IMG/VR virus record: IMGVR_UViG_3300048851_000184
Span: 1-64,000 of that record
From: a virus
Lineage: Duplodnaviria; Caudoviricetes
DNA: 64,000 bases
Reading direction: 5' to 3' (one strand)
Under the pieces are notes generated by a model. It had not been told where the DNA came from and did no database searches. It saw only the letters and a program-made list of their open reading frames with translations. Position 1 is the stretch's first letter; each line of letters opens with the position of its first letter. Shown piece by piece: positions 1-9,533 of the stretch. The translations under genes were made by a program, and so were the position numbers.

Positions 1-747
1 ATGCCCACCGACATTCTGGCCCTGTCTTGGAAGGTGCAGGTCGCTCTGGCGAGCGGCTATGCCGCGTACATCATCTCGTATCGAGGTATCCGGGCGCATC
101 ACTCCGCCCAAGACACCGTGTTCCTGGCGCTCGTGTTCAGCCTTATAGCTTCGGCAGAACTGTGGCTGGCCCGATCTCTGTCGCCGTTGGTTGCGGGCGC
201 TTGTGCCTTCCTGCTCTCCGTCGCGGTTGGCGTGCTCTGGCGCCGCCGTGGGCGACAAATGCTGACAAGCATGCTGCGAGGGCCGAACACCACGTGGTCA
301 GATGATACCCCTTCTGCGTGGGCACGGTTACAAGAGAATCGAGAGAACCCGGTTTCCCAGTTATCGGTGCTGCTGAAGGATGGAACTTGGCTGAACTGCG
401 ACGAGACAGCAAGGTTCAACGCTGCGCCCTACGCGCCGTGCGTGCTCGGGACAAACGGCGATGTGTTGATGTACCTGACGTCCACGACGGCAAAAGGAAC
501 AACGGAAGACAAGGAACAGTCGACCGTTCTGCACGAGCGGTTCGGTGCACGGCTTACATATGTGCCGAGCAGTGAAATTGCCCGCGTCAATATACGCCTG
601 ATGCCGAGTATCAATCGTCCCGCGAGGGCGGGGGCTTCGCCTCCGACGTCGTCAGGGGCGGCGACTTCGGCTGGGTACTGGCGCCAACTCCGCTCGGGTC
701 TCGCATTGGCGCTCCGGAAAGCGGCTGCAGCGATTTCTCCAAAATAG
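1..747 (+). CDS. Hypothetical membrane protein (DUF6338-like); start may lie upstream of window
   Basis: 248 aa ORF with 3 hydrophobic N-terminal segments followed by a soluble beta-rich domain; family call from memory. Confidence 0.55.
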   Translation: MPTDILALSWKVQVALASGYAAYIISYRGIRAHHSAQDTVFLALVFSLIASAELWLARSLSPLVAGACAFLLSVAVGVLWRRRGRQMLTSMLRGPNTTWSDDTPSAWARLQENRENPVSQLSVLLKDGTWLNCDETARFNAAPYAPCVLGTNGDVLMYLTSTTAKGTTEDKEQSTVLHERFGARLTYVPSSEIARVNIRLMPSINRPARAGASPPTSSGAATSAGYWRQLRSGLALALRKAAAAISPK

Positions 748-868
748 TCGGGGCTTTCGGCTGGTTAGAGTGACCAACCATAACCTTCGTCGCAGCCGAA
801 GCGAGCGGTACCCCCGCCTTCGGTTGGGAAGAGTCGCTAAGGTTAACGCGCTTCGAATCGTCAGGCAT
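611..868 (-). CDS. Small Pro/Ser-rich protein with four S-x-Q-P repeats
   Basis: 85 aa ORF, GGAGA RBS-like motif upstream; repeats SSQPK, SNQPK, SLQPL, STQPK. Confidence 0.45.
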   Translation of the reverse strand: MPDDSKRVNLSDSSQPKAGVPLASAATKVMVGHSNQPKAPTILEKSLQPLSGAPMRDPSGVGASTQPKSPPLTTSEAKPPPSRDD

Positions 869-977
869 CGCTGTCTCCTCGCGGCGATCTAATCACGTCG
901 GCGATGTCGATGCGAGTCGGTTCGGGACCGGCCTAGCGCCCTAAGCGATCAGCATCCGCCACGACGTGACCCCCTTT

Positions 978-1023
978 GGGTCCTCCCGGCGCTCCAGGGT
1001 AATACGGGGGGCAAAGGCGCAAC
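978..1023 (+). other. Lambda-like cos site (cosQ GGGTCCT at 978-984 plus cosN-like TACG/GGGGGCAAAGGC) of prophage 1
   Basis: GGGTCCT is identical to lambda cosQ, lies about 22 nt before TACG-GGG as in lambda, directly upstream of terS, and is conserved at 46293. Confidence 0.7.
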
Positions 1024-1117
1024 TTCTTTCTAGGCACCGAAATCGCGTTAGTTCTTCCTCCTCGGGGCCAAAACCGGCGGATTTCTGCGGCTTTTCGGCT
1101 CGGGAGCAGGGAAGTAG

Positions 1118-1612
1118 ATGGAAATCGACCTTGAAGAGCCCAGCCGACCGCAACTCGCGGCCGTGTTCCAGGTTTCGAGCCGGTGGATCGGCGAGCTTCG
1201 GTCCCAAGGGAAGATGCCTGCGGACGGAGCCTCGCTGCTCGAGAACGTCGAGGCCTGGGCCGCCGTCAAGTACGGCGCAGCAGCGGCAGATCCGGAAGCG
1301 CTCAACAAGGAACAGGAGCAGGCGCGGCTGGCGAAAGAGCAGGCCGACGCCAAGGCGATGGACAATGCCGAGCGGCGCCGCGAGCTCGCATCGCTGCCGG
1401 ACATGGTGGCTGCCGGCGCCGGCGTGATCGTCATGATCGTGGCGCAGCTGCAGCAGGTCGGCGCCCGCGTTGCCAAAGGCGACACCAAGCTTCGAGCTCG
1501 CATCGATGCCGAGATCAACAACGTCCTCACCGACTTGAGTATGGCCCGGATTGAGGAGGCGCGCGGCGGGGGCTTCGATGACGGCGAGCCCGAGGAAGAG
1601 GGGAGCGATTGA
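1118..1612 (+). CDS. terS: Terminase small subunit (gpNu1-like)
   Basis: N-terminal HTH-like segment, coiled coil, overlaps terL start; position after cos. Confidence 0.8.
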   Translation: MEIDLEEPSRPQLAAVFQVSSRWIGELRSQGKMPADGASLLENVEAWAAVKYGAAAADPEALNKEQEQARLAKEQADAKAMDNAERRRELASLPDMVAAGAGVIVMIVAQLQQVGARVAKGDTKLRARIDAEINNVLTDLSMARIEEARGGGFDDGEPEEEGSD

Positions 1613-3572
1613 GCCCTATGAGGCGCCCGGCCCGCATGGCGTAGCGCTCGCCCGTGCATGGCTGGCCGCCTGCAAGCCTCGCGAGCGCCCGCCGCTGTCG
1701 AAGTTCATGGTCGAGCATGCGCGTTCCGACGACGGTGCGCGCATCCGACCGTTCCCGTTCCAGGCGGACATAGCCGACGCGTTCACGGATCCGGAGACGT
1801 CGCAGCTGTCGGTGCGGAAGAGCAGCCGCATCGGCTACTCGACCATCCTGCAGTGCTTCGTCGCCTGGCGTATCAAGTTCGATCCAGCGCGCACGCTGAT
1901 CTATCAGCCGACGATCGACGACGCGGAGAAGTTCAGCCGCGACGATCTGGACCCGGTTCTGCAATGGCCGGTGGTTCGCTCGGTTGCCACGTTCAAGCCG
2001 AGGCACGCTGACAACCAGATCCGGGCCAAGCGCTACAAGGGCGGCTGGATCCAGATCAAAGGCGCCAACAGCCCCAAGGAGTTCCGGCGCGTCACGGCCG
2101 ACGACGTGTTCCTGGAGGAGTGCGACGGCTACCCTTGGGCGTCGAAGGAAGAGGGCGATCCTGCCCGCCTCGCGTTCAAGCGCAACCTGACTTCGCCGCG
2201 TCGGTTCAGCGCCGCCGGGTCGACGCCGAAGGTAAAGGGCTTCAGCCGGATCGACCTGCTGTTCGAGCAGGGCAGCCAGGAGTTTCGCTACGTTCCCTGC
2301 CCACATTGCGGCGAGATGCAGCAGCTCGTGTTCGGCGACGGTACCGGCGCCGGCATTCGGTGGGAGCCAAAGGAGAACCCCACGCGCGCCTGGTACCGGT
2401 GCGTCAACGGCTGCGACATCGACGAAGCCGACAAGCCGGGGATGGATGAGGCGGGCGAGTGGCGGGCGCACAACCCGGACGCCTTCCCGCGGCACCGCTC
2501 GTTCCACATCTGGGCGGCGTACAGCCAGCATCCCGGAGCCGCATGGCTGGAGATCGCGCGCGAGTTCCTGGAGGTCCGCAAGGACCCGAACCTGCTCCGC
2601 ACCTTCGTCAACCAGGTGCTGGGAGAGGCATGGGCCGAACGTGGCGAGGCTCCGGAGTGGCAGCGCCTCTACGATCGCCGGGAGAAGGCGATGCGGCTGG
2701 GAACGCCATCGGCGAAGGCCGGCCTGCTGGTTGGTGCCGCTGACGTCCAGCGCGGAGGCGGTGGGCGCATCGACCTGGACATCTGGGCGTTCGGGCCGAA
2801 CGGCCGCCGCGAGTTCGTCGAGCGCATCGAGGTCTTCGGCCCGATCGCTGACAAGAAGACCTGGAAGAAGCTCGACGCCGAGGTCGCGCGTACCTGGGAG
2901 ACCGAAGACGGCCGCTCGATGCGCCTGGCACGGGTCGCGATCGATTCCGGCGACGGCGAGAACACGATGGAGGTGTACGCCTGGGCGCGTCGGCACCCCG
3001 GCTTTGCGATGGCCGTCAAAGGCCGGCACCAGATCAGCGCCAACCAGCCGATCGGTGCGCCGACCTGGCAGGACGTCACCGTCAACGGCCGCAAGCTGAA
3101 GCGCGGCGTCCGGCTTTGGAACATCGGCACCTCGATGCTGAAGCTGGAGTTGTTCGGCGACCTGGAGAAGGAAAAGCCGGTCGACGGCGAGGAGTACCCG
3201 GGCGGGTATGTCTTCCTCCCCGACGGCACCACCGACGAGTGGATCAAGCAGCTGGTGGCGGAGGAGCTCCGGATCATCCGGCTGCGAAGCGGCGGCTTCC
3301 GGCGGGAGTGGCACAAGGTCCGCGATCGCAACGAGGCGCTCGATAACGCGGTCTATGCCCGCGCTGTCGCCTTTTCCCTGGGCGTCGACCGCTGGCGAGA
3401 GAGCGACTGGCAGAAGGCCCGGGGCGAGTTCACCAAACCGGCACCCCCGCCGCCCGCGCCGCCGCCGCAAGTTCCTGATGATCGCGCGCCCGCGCAGCCA
3501 CCCGCCGCAATCGCGGCGAAAGCCAAGCCGAAGCCCAAGCGTGCCAACCCGTTCACCAGCCGAGGGAGGTAG
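1578..3572 (+). CDS. terL: Terminase large subunit (lambda gpA family); exact start uncertain
   Basis: KSSRIGYS Walker A-like motif, VFLEE Walker B, STP, YVPCPHCGE zinc motif, AIDSG nuclease, RNEALD. Confidence 0.95.
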   Translation: MTASPRKRGAIEPYEAPGPHGVALARAWLAACKPRERPPLSKFMVEHARSDDGARIRPFPFQADIADAFTDPETSQLSVRKSSRIGYSTILQCFVAWRIKFDPARTLIYQPTIDDAEKFSRDDLDPVLQWPVVRSVATFKPRHADNQIRAKRYKGGWIQIKGANSPKEFRRVTADDVFLEECDGYPWASKEEGDPARLAFKRNLTSPRRFSAAGSTPKVKGFSRIDLLFEQGSQEFRYVPCPHCGEMQQLVFGDGTGAGIRWEPKENPTRAWYRCVNGCDIDEADKPGMDEAGEWRAHNPDAFPRHRSFHIWAAYSQHPGAAWLEIAREFLEVRKDPNLLRTFVNQVLGEAWAERGEAPEWQRLYDRREKAMRLGTPSAKAGLLVGAADVQRGGGGRIDLDIWAFGPNGRREFVERIEVFGPIADKKTWKKLDAEVARTWETEDGRSMRLARVAIDSGDGENTMEVYAWARRHPGFAMAVKGRHQISANQPIGAPTWQDVTVNGRKLKRGVRLWNIGTSMLKLELFGDLEKEKPVDGEEYPGGYVFLPDGTTDEWIKQLVAEELRIIRLRSGGFRREWHKVRDRNEALDNAVYARAVAFSLGVDRWRESDWQKARGEFTKPAPPPPAPPPQVPDDRAPAQPPAAIAAKAKPKPKRANPFTSRGR

Positions 3573-3574
3573 GA

Positions 3575-3790
3575 ATGTCGTATCAGCAGTCCGACCTGGA
3601 CCGGCTCAACCAAGCGATCGCGAGCGGCATCCGCAGCGTCACCTTCGCTGATGGTCGCCGGACGGAGTATCAGTCGCTTGACCAGCTGCTCGCCGCGAAG
3701 GCGGTGATCCAGAGCGAGTTGGCGATGAAGGCGACCGCGAAGGGCGCGATCGTCCACCGCCGTGTGCCGTTTTACCGGAGCGGCCTCTAA
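3575..3790 (+). CDS. gpW-like head completion protein
   Basis: 71 aa between terL and portal; AIASG-RSVTFADGRRTEYQS pattern. Confidence 0.75.
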   Translation: MSYQQSDLDRLNQAIASGIRSVTFADGRRTEYQSLDQLLAAKAVIQSELAMKATAKGAIVHRRVPFYRSGL

Positions 3791-5326
3791 ATGGCCGAGC
3801 GTACCCTGATGGATCGGCTGCTTCGGCGGGCGGTATCCGAGCCGGCGCCAGCCGCGGCGAGCGAGCGCAAGCGCATTCGGACCGGGCGCGGTGCGCGCGC
3901 GGAGTACGACGGCGCGACGCTCGGTCGGCGGGCCGCCGGGTGGCGGCGCACGCGGCTGGACGCCAACGGCGAACTCTCGCCTGCTGTTGCAGCGGCCCTG
4001 CGCGGGATCGCGCGCGACCTGGTGCGCAACAACCCGTTCGCGGCGCGCGGCGCGTCCACGATCGCGAACAACATGGTCGGCACCGGCATCACCTTTCAGG
4101 TGTACCGCGACGGCAAGATCGACGACCGGCTGAACAAGCTCGCCCGTCAGCATCTCGACACCACAGCGTGTGACGCCAGCGGCCGGCACGACCTCTACGG
4201 CCTCCAGCTTCAGGCGGCTCGGACGATTGTTGAGAGCGGCGCCGTGGTGATGCGTCGCCGCTGGCGCCGGGCTTCCGACCGGCTGCCGCTGCCGTTCCAG
4301 CTTCAGGTGATCGAGCCGGACTACATCGATCCGTCGAAGCATGGGCCGCTTTCCAGTGCGCCAGGCGTGCAGGGCGGGTTCCTGATCAACGGCGTGCAGT
4401 TCAGCCCTCTGGGCGCCCGCGAGGGCTACTGGCTGTATAACGGCCATCCTGGCGGTGGCCGCGCCGATGCGCTGGGCTCGACCTTCGTGAAGGCGGCAGA
4501 CGTTGCGCACGTCTTCCGCGCCGATCGGCCGGAGATGGAGCACGGCGCCACCTGGTTCGCGCCTGTCATCCTGCGGATGAAGGACTTCGGCGACTTCGAG
4601 GATGCGCAGCTGACGCGCCAGAAGCTCGCCAGCGCGTTCGTTGGCGTGGTGACGGGTGAGGATTCGGACGGCGTGATCCCCGGCATTGCGCAGGAAGAGG
4701 GCGGCCCGGACGATCGCGAGCCGCTCGACTACATCGAACCGGGCACCTTCCAGTATACCCGCCCTGGGGAGGAGGTAACCTTCTCCAGCCCCCCGGGCGT
4801 CGACGGGTATGCCGACTATACCAAGGTTTCGCTTCGGGCAGTGAGCTCGGGGCTGGGCGTGCCCTACGAGGCGCTCACCGGTGACCTGTCCAACGTGAAC
4901 TTCTCGTCCGGCCGAATGGGCTGGCTCGAATACCAGCGGTCGCTCGCCGCCTGGCAGTGGACGATGTTCATCCCGCAATTCTGTGGCGCGGTCGCCACGT
5001 GGCTGATCGACGCATTCGCGATGGTCGGTGAGGACGTGGAGGGTGTCACCGTCCGGTGGACGCCTCCCGGCCGAGAGATGATCAATCCCGCCGAAGAGGT
5101 GAAGGCGACCCGAGACGCCATCCGCTCCGGTCAGGACACGATCTCCGCCGCTGCGCGGCGCCGCGGTGAGGATCCCGACACCTTCCTGGCTGAGTGGAAG
5201 GCCGACGCCGAGAAGATCGACAAGCTCGGCCTCATCTTCGACTGCGACCCTCGCCGGGTGACCGCAGTCGGCAACCCTGCGGACAAAGAGCCCTCCGCCC
5301 AGCCTGTGCAGCCTCAGGGGGCCTGA
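3791..5326 (+). CDS. Portal protein, lambda family
   Basis: 511 aa; ARDLVRNNPFA, GVPYEALTGDLSNVNFSSGR motifs. Confidence 0.93.
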   Translation: MAERTLMDRLLRRAVSEPAPAAASERKRIRTGRGARAEYDGATLGRRAAGWRRTRLDANGELSPAVAAALRGIARDLVRNNPFAARGASTIANNMVGTGITFQVYRDGKIDDRLNKLARQHLDTTACDASGRHDLYGLQLQAARTIVESGAVVMRRRWRRASDRLPLPFQLQVIEPDYIDPSKHGPLSSAPGVQGGFLINGVQFSPLGAREGYWLYNGHPGGGRADALGSTFVKAADVAHVFRADRPEMEHGATWFAPVILRMKDFGDFEDAQLTRQKLASAFVGVVTGEDSDGVIPGIAQEEGGPDDREPLDYIEPGTFQYTRPGEEVTFSSPPGVDGYADYTKVSLRAVSSGLGVPYEALTGDLSNVNFSSGRMGWLEYQRSLAAWQWTMFIPQFCGAVATWLIDAFAMVGEDVEGVTVRWTPPGREMINPAEEVKATRDAIRSGQDTISAAARRRGEDPDTFLAEWKADAEKIDKLGLIFDCDPRRVTAVGNPADKEPSAQPVQPQGA

Positions 5327-7372
5327 ATGACTGAAATCCTGATCTACGGGATCGTCGGCGATAGCTGGGACGGTCTCGATGCCAACACGCTCGTCCCGCT
5401 CATCTCCGAAGGTGACGACGACCTGAGCCTGCGCATCAACAGCCCGGGCGGATACGTCATGGAGGGCCTCGCCATCTTCAACGCGGTCGCTCGCGAGAAG
5501 AAGAAGGGCCGCAGGGTCACCTGCCACATCGACGGTCTGGCGGCCTCGATGGCGTCGATCATCGCCATGGCCGGCGACGAGATCATCATGGCCGACAATG
5601 CGCTGATGATGGTGCACAACCCGTGGGATTGCGCGTGCGGGGATGCCAACGAACTGCGCCGCGCGGCCGATAAGCTCGACAGCATCCGTGACCAGCTCGT
5701 CGGCATCTACGCCGCGCGCACCGGCGTGCCGGCAGAAGACCTGATCCCGCTCCTGGATGCGGAGACCTGGTTCACCGCCCAACAGGCGCTCGAGCAGAAC
5801 TTCATCACGTCGATCAGCGAGACCGCCACCGTGTCGGCCGCGATCAACGTCAAAGCATTCGGGTTCCGCAAGGTCCCGGACAGCCCGCTCGTCACCACCC
5901 TGGCGGTGGCGAGCACCCGGACGGCTCCCGCCGCTCCGCCCCCGCAGAAGGAAACCACCATGCCTCAGGGTACCCAGCCGGGCGGCGAAAACCAGCCGCC
6001 CGCCGACACCATCACTGCAGCCGATGCGCAGGCGCGCGCAGACGCCGCGGTCGTCGCGGAGCGCCAGCGTGTCGCAGGCATCCGCGCGCTCGCTACGAAG
6101 CACAAGCTGCCTGCCGACTTCATCGACGGCCTGGTCGATGACGGCACCGCGCTTGCCACCGCCCGCGAGAAGATCCTCGACAAGCTCGCAGAGGAAGGCG
6201 ACGCCGCCAACATCGGGCACAATAGCCCGGCACGGGTGACCGTGGACCAGCGCGAGAAGTTCCGCGAGGGCGCCACCAACTGGCTGCTCGTCAAGGCGGG
6301 CGTTGCTCACCTCGTCGAGAAGGCGGCGGCGCTGAACGGCAAGACTGTGAAGATCGACCCGGGCGAGTTCCGCGGCGTTCGCAACGTCGATCTCGCGCGT
6401 GAATCGCTCGGCAACCTGGGCGTCAACGTCACCACCCGCGACCCGGATCAGATCGTGCGGCAGGCGATGACCTCGCAGGGCGCTGTGATCACGCAGTCGA
6501 CCAGCGACTTCCCGGTCCTGTTCGAGAACGCGATCCATCGCACCCTGCAGGCGGCGTATGCGACCACGCCCGACACCTGGACGCGCTTCTGCGGCACCGG
6601 AACGGTTACGGACTTCCGTCCGCATAGCCGGTACCTTCGCGGCTCGTTCGGCGCGCTCGACAATGTGAACGAGGTGGGCGAGTTCAAGAACAAGCCCATC
6701 CCGGATCTCGCCAAGGAGTCTATCACCGCGTCGACGAAGGGCAACATCATCAACCTGTCGCGCCAGGCGATCGTCAACGACGACATGGAGGTTTTCTCCG
6801 GTTTCGCCGTCGACCTCGGCCGTGCCGCCAAGCTGACGATCGAGATCGACGTCTTCGCGCTGCTGAACAGCAACCCGATCATGAACGACGGCAAGCCGCT
6901 GTTTCATGCCGACCACGCCAATTTGGCGGCTGCGGGTGCCGCACCTTCGGTCGCGTCGTTCGACGCCATCCGCGTGGCAATGGCGAAGCAGAAGGATCTC
7001 AGCGGAAACGAGTACCTCGACATCCGTCCAAGCATCCTGCTGCTGCCGATCGAGCTCGGTGGCGCGGCACGCCGCATCAACGGCGCGCTCTACGATCCCG
7101 ACACCACGGGCAAGTTCCAGGTGCCGAACATCGTCAACGGCATGTTCGCGGACATCGTGGACACGCCGCGGCTGGCCGGCAGCGCGCAGTATGCGTTCGC
7201 CGACCCGAACGTCGCGCCGGCAATCGAGGTCGTGTTCCTCAATGGCGTGACGGAGCCGTTCACCGACAGCCAGGACGGCTGGCGCGTGGATGGTGTCGAG
7301 TGGAAGGTCCGCCACGACTACGGCGTCGGCGCCGTCAACTGGCGGTCCGCCTACAAGCAGCCGGGCGCCTAA
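5327..7372 (+). CDS. ClpP-type (S14) prohead protease fused to scaffold and major capsid protein
   Basis: INSPGG, GLAASMAS (Ser), MMVHNPW (His), ETW; C-terminal capsid domain ending KVRHDYGVGAVNWR. Confidence 0.9.
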   Translation: MTEILIYGIVGDSWDGLDANTLVPLISEGDDDLSLRINSPGGYVMEGLAIFNAVAREKKKGRRVTCHIDGLAASMASIIAMAGDEIIMADNALMMVHNPWDCACGDANELRRAADKLDSIRDQLVGIYAARTGVPAEDLIPLLDAETWFTAQQALEQNFITSISETATVSAAINVKAFGFRKVPDSPLVTTLAVASTRTAPAAPPPQKETTMPQGTQPGGENQPPADTITAADAQARADAAVVAERQRVAGIRALATKHKLPADFIDGLVDDGTALATAREKILDKLAEEGDAANIGHNSPARVTVDQREKFREGATNWLLVKAGVAHLVEKAAALNGKTVKIDPGEFRGVRNVDLARESLGNLGVNVTTRDPDQIVRQAMTSQGAVITQSTSDFPVLFENAIHRTLQAAYATTPDTWTRFCGTGTVTDFRPHSRYLRGSFGALDNVNEVGEFKNKPIPDLAKESITASTKGNIINLSRQAIVNDDMEVFSGFAVDLGRAAKLTIEIDVFALLNSNPIMNDGKPLFHADHANLAAAGAAPSVASFDAIRVAMAKQKDLSGNEYLDIRPSILLLPIELGGAARRINGALYDPDTTGKFQVPNIVNGMFADIVDTPRLAGSAQYAFADPNVAPAIEVVFLNGVTEPFTDSQDGWRVDGVEWKVRHDYGVGAVNWRSAYKQPGA

Positions 7373-7436
7373 GCGCTCCGCCCCTGGGCCAGACGGGGGC
7401 GGCTCCAGCCGCTCCCGTCACATCTGGAGATACCCG

Positions 7437-7742
7437 ATGAAGTTCGTGAAGCTGATCACGTCGGCGTACGTCGCCGGCGTGCTGCGGCACCCCCACGAGG
7501 GCGTGCTGCATGTCGAGGACGACCAGGCGAGGCGCCTGCTCGACGACAAGGTGGCGGAGGACGTCACCGCCGACTTCACCGCCAAGGAGAACAAGGAGAC
7601 GGGCGTCGACGCGATCACGGCCACCGATGGTGCCGCGCCCACCGCGCCTGCCTCCGAACCCCACCAGTCCGAAGTCGCTCCGCAGGCGACCGAGGGCGCC
7701 CCGAAGCCGAAGCCCGCCCGGGCGTCGGCGAGCAAGGAGTGA
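7437..7742 (+). CDS. Head-associated hypothetical protein
   Basis: GGAG RBS, 101 aa, same slot as 52816-53124 in prophage 2 (shared HP-EG-V-V-DD-A motif). Confidence 0.65.
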   Translation: MKFVKLITSAYVAGVLRHPHEGVLHVEDDQARRLLDDKVAEDVTADFTAKENKETGVDAITATDGAAPTAPASEPHQSEVAPQATEGAPKPKPARASASKE

Positions 7743-7748
7743 GCCGAC

Positions 7749-8090
7749 ATGGCACGCAATTTCGTCCAGCCCGGTGACACGATCACCATGATCGCCCCCT
7801 CCGCCGTCACCAGCGGCGCGGGCATGCTCGTCGGCGTCGTGTTCGCCGTCGCCCTCGCCAATGCCGCACAGTCGGCACTGGTCGAGGCGAAGCGGACCGG
7901 CGTCTGGGACCTCGCCAAGGCCCCCGGCGAAGCTTGGGTGGCGGACACCACCAAGCTGTACTGGGACAACACCGCCAAGCGCGTGACCGCGACCGCGACG
8001 GGCAACACGCTGATCGGCGTCGCTCGTCAGTCGCAGGCCTCCGCCGACACCGTCGGCCGCGTCCTGCTCACCGGCCAGATCGCGGCCTGA
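7749..8090 (+). CDS. DUF2190-like capsid decoration/cement protein
   Basis: MARNFVQPGD start, GVWDLAK, YWD motifs. Confidence 0.8.
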   Translation: MARNFVQPGDTITMIAPSAVTSGAGMLVGVVFAVALANAAQSALVEAKRTGVWDLAKAPGEAWVADTTKLYWDNTAKRVTATATGNTLIGVARQSQASADTVGRVLLTGQIAA

Positions 8091-8093
8091 GCC

Positions 8094-8432
8094 ATGGATC
8101 CGTTCGCCTCGGCGCTCGACGCCCTGTTCACCGGGCCGGGCTCCGAGGCGGCGGATTACGTGTCGGAAAGCGGCGTGCAGGAGGGCGTCCGGATCATCCG
8201 GTCGCGCCCGACCGCCGACGCCACCTTCGGCGACAGCCGGGTTCGGCAGGACACCTGCTCGATCGACGTGCGGCGCTCCGAGGTGCCGGCGCCAGCCGCC
8301 GGTGACCGCTTCCTGATCCGCGGGGTCGACCTCGCCACCCAGGTGGAGGTTCTCACCGTCTGCATCATCATCGGCGATCCTGCGCTCGATGTTGAGGGCA
8401 TGACCTGGACCTGCTCGGCGCCGGAAGCATGA
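8094..8432 (+). CDS. Head-tail joining protein (gpFII-like)
   Basis: 112 aa, position, DVRRSEVP-PA-GDRF motif; conserved at 53470. Confidence 0.7.
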   Translation: MDPFASALDALFTGPGSEAADYVSESGVQEGVRIIRSRPTADATFGDSRVRQDTCSIDVRRSEVPAPAAGDRFLIRGVDLATQVEVLTVCIIIGDPALDVEGMTWTCSAPEA

Positions 8433-9079
8433 AGTTCGAGGTCGAGGTCCCCGACTTCGCCAAGGTGATGCGCGAGGCGGAGGGTAGCGTCGCGCGCGCG
8501 GCCACGGTCGCCATGCGCGCCACCACCGGCGACGCGCTGCGCGAGCTGCGCGGGCAGGTGACCTCCGCCGGTCTCGGCCAGCGCCTGGCGAACACCTGGC
8601 GCGGCAACGTCTACCCGAAGTCGCGCAACGGCATGAACCCGGCCGGCTACATCTACAGCCGCGCGCCCGAGATCATCGACAGCTTCGTGCGAGGCGCGAC
8701 CATCGTGCCGATCAACGGCAGCCGGTTCCTCGCCATTCCCACCGACAATGTGCCGCGTGTCGGCAGGCGTCGCGGCTCTACCGGCCGCATGACCCCCGAA
8801 CAGGTCGAGCACACGTTCAACCAGGACCTGTTCTACCAGCGTGGCAAGAATGGCCGCGTGCTCGCTTTCATCAACGCCGTGGGCGCGCGTCGCGGGCGCG
8901 GGATCCGCCAGGGCACGGCACGCCGGCTAGCGCAGGGGCGTGATCTCAAGCGCGTGCTGATGTTCACCCTCGTGCCCGTCGCTCGCATGCCCAAGCTGCT
9001 CGATTTGGACGGCCCCGCCGCCCGCTGGAGCGCCTCCTACATCGCCGCCTTTACCCGCGGTCTGGAGAAGAACTGGTGA
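8429..9079 (+). CDS. Tail completion/neck protein (DUF6441-like)
   Basis: GLGQRLANTW, FLAIPT motifs; ATGA overlap; conserved at 53805. Confidence 0.65.
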   Translation: MKFEVEVPDFAKVMREAEGSVARAATVAMRATTGDALRELRGQVTSAGLGQRLANTWRGNVYPKSRNGMNPAGYIYSRAPEIIDSFVRGATIVPINGSRFLAIPTDNVPRVGRRRGSTGRMTPEQVEHTFNQDLFYQRGKNGRVLAFINAVGARRGRGIRQGTARRLAQGRDLKRVLMFTLVPVARMPKLLDLDGPAARWSASYIAAFTRGLEKNW

Positions 9080-9516
9080 GCAAGCGCCTTCAGGTTCTCG
9101 CCGCGGTGAAGGCGCTGGTACAGGCAGCCCTGCCGGGCGCCACAGTGCTCGGGCTGGACGGTGACGATGCCGCTCCCGCCCGCCTCCCGCCGAACGGCCG
9201 TGTCGTGGTGCGCAGCGGTGAACCGGGAGATCCCGAGGTCGATCTCTGTCCACCCGTCTACCACTACGCGCACCGCATCCCGATCGAGGTCAGCGCCTAC
9301 GAAACTACCGCGCTCACCGGCGAGGAAGTGATCGACCAGATGATGGGTCTGATCGGCGCGGCTGTTGAGGCTGATCCGACGCTCGGCGGCCTGTGCGACT
9401 GGCTGGAGCCGACCGCGCCGAACACCGACGACATCTACGTCGAAGGCGCGAACCCTGCCCGCGGCGGCGATTTCGACCTGGTCGCCTCCTACTCGACCAC
9501 ATCCCCTCTCAACTGA
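9076..9516 (+). CDS. Putative tail terminator
   Basis: 146 aa before tube gene, DPTLGGLCD motif. Confidence 0.65.
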   Translation: MSKRLQVLAAVKALVQAALPGATVLGLDGDDAAPARLPPNGRVVVRSGEPGDPEVDLCPPVYHYAHRIPIEVSAYETTALTGEEVIDQMMGLIGAAVEADPTLGGLCDWLEPTAPNTDDIYVEGANPARGGDFDLVASYSTTSPLN

Positions 9517-9533
9517 GCCCGAAGGAACCCACC

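Noticed and set aside
3353-7315. 1320 aa minus-strand ORF and other long antisense ORFs (1527-3470, 48963-50780, 52195-53940)
   Set aside because: Shadow frames of GC-biased phage genes; Arg-rich, no motifs, fully opposite well-supported genes
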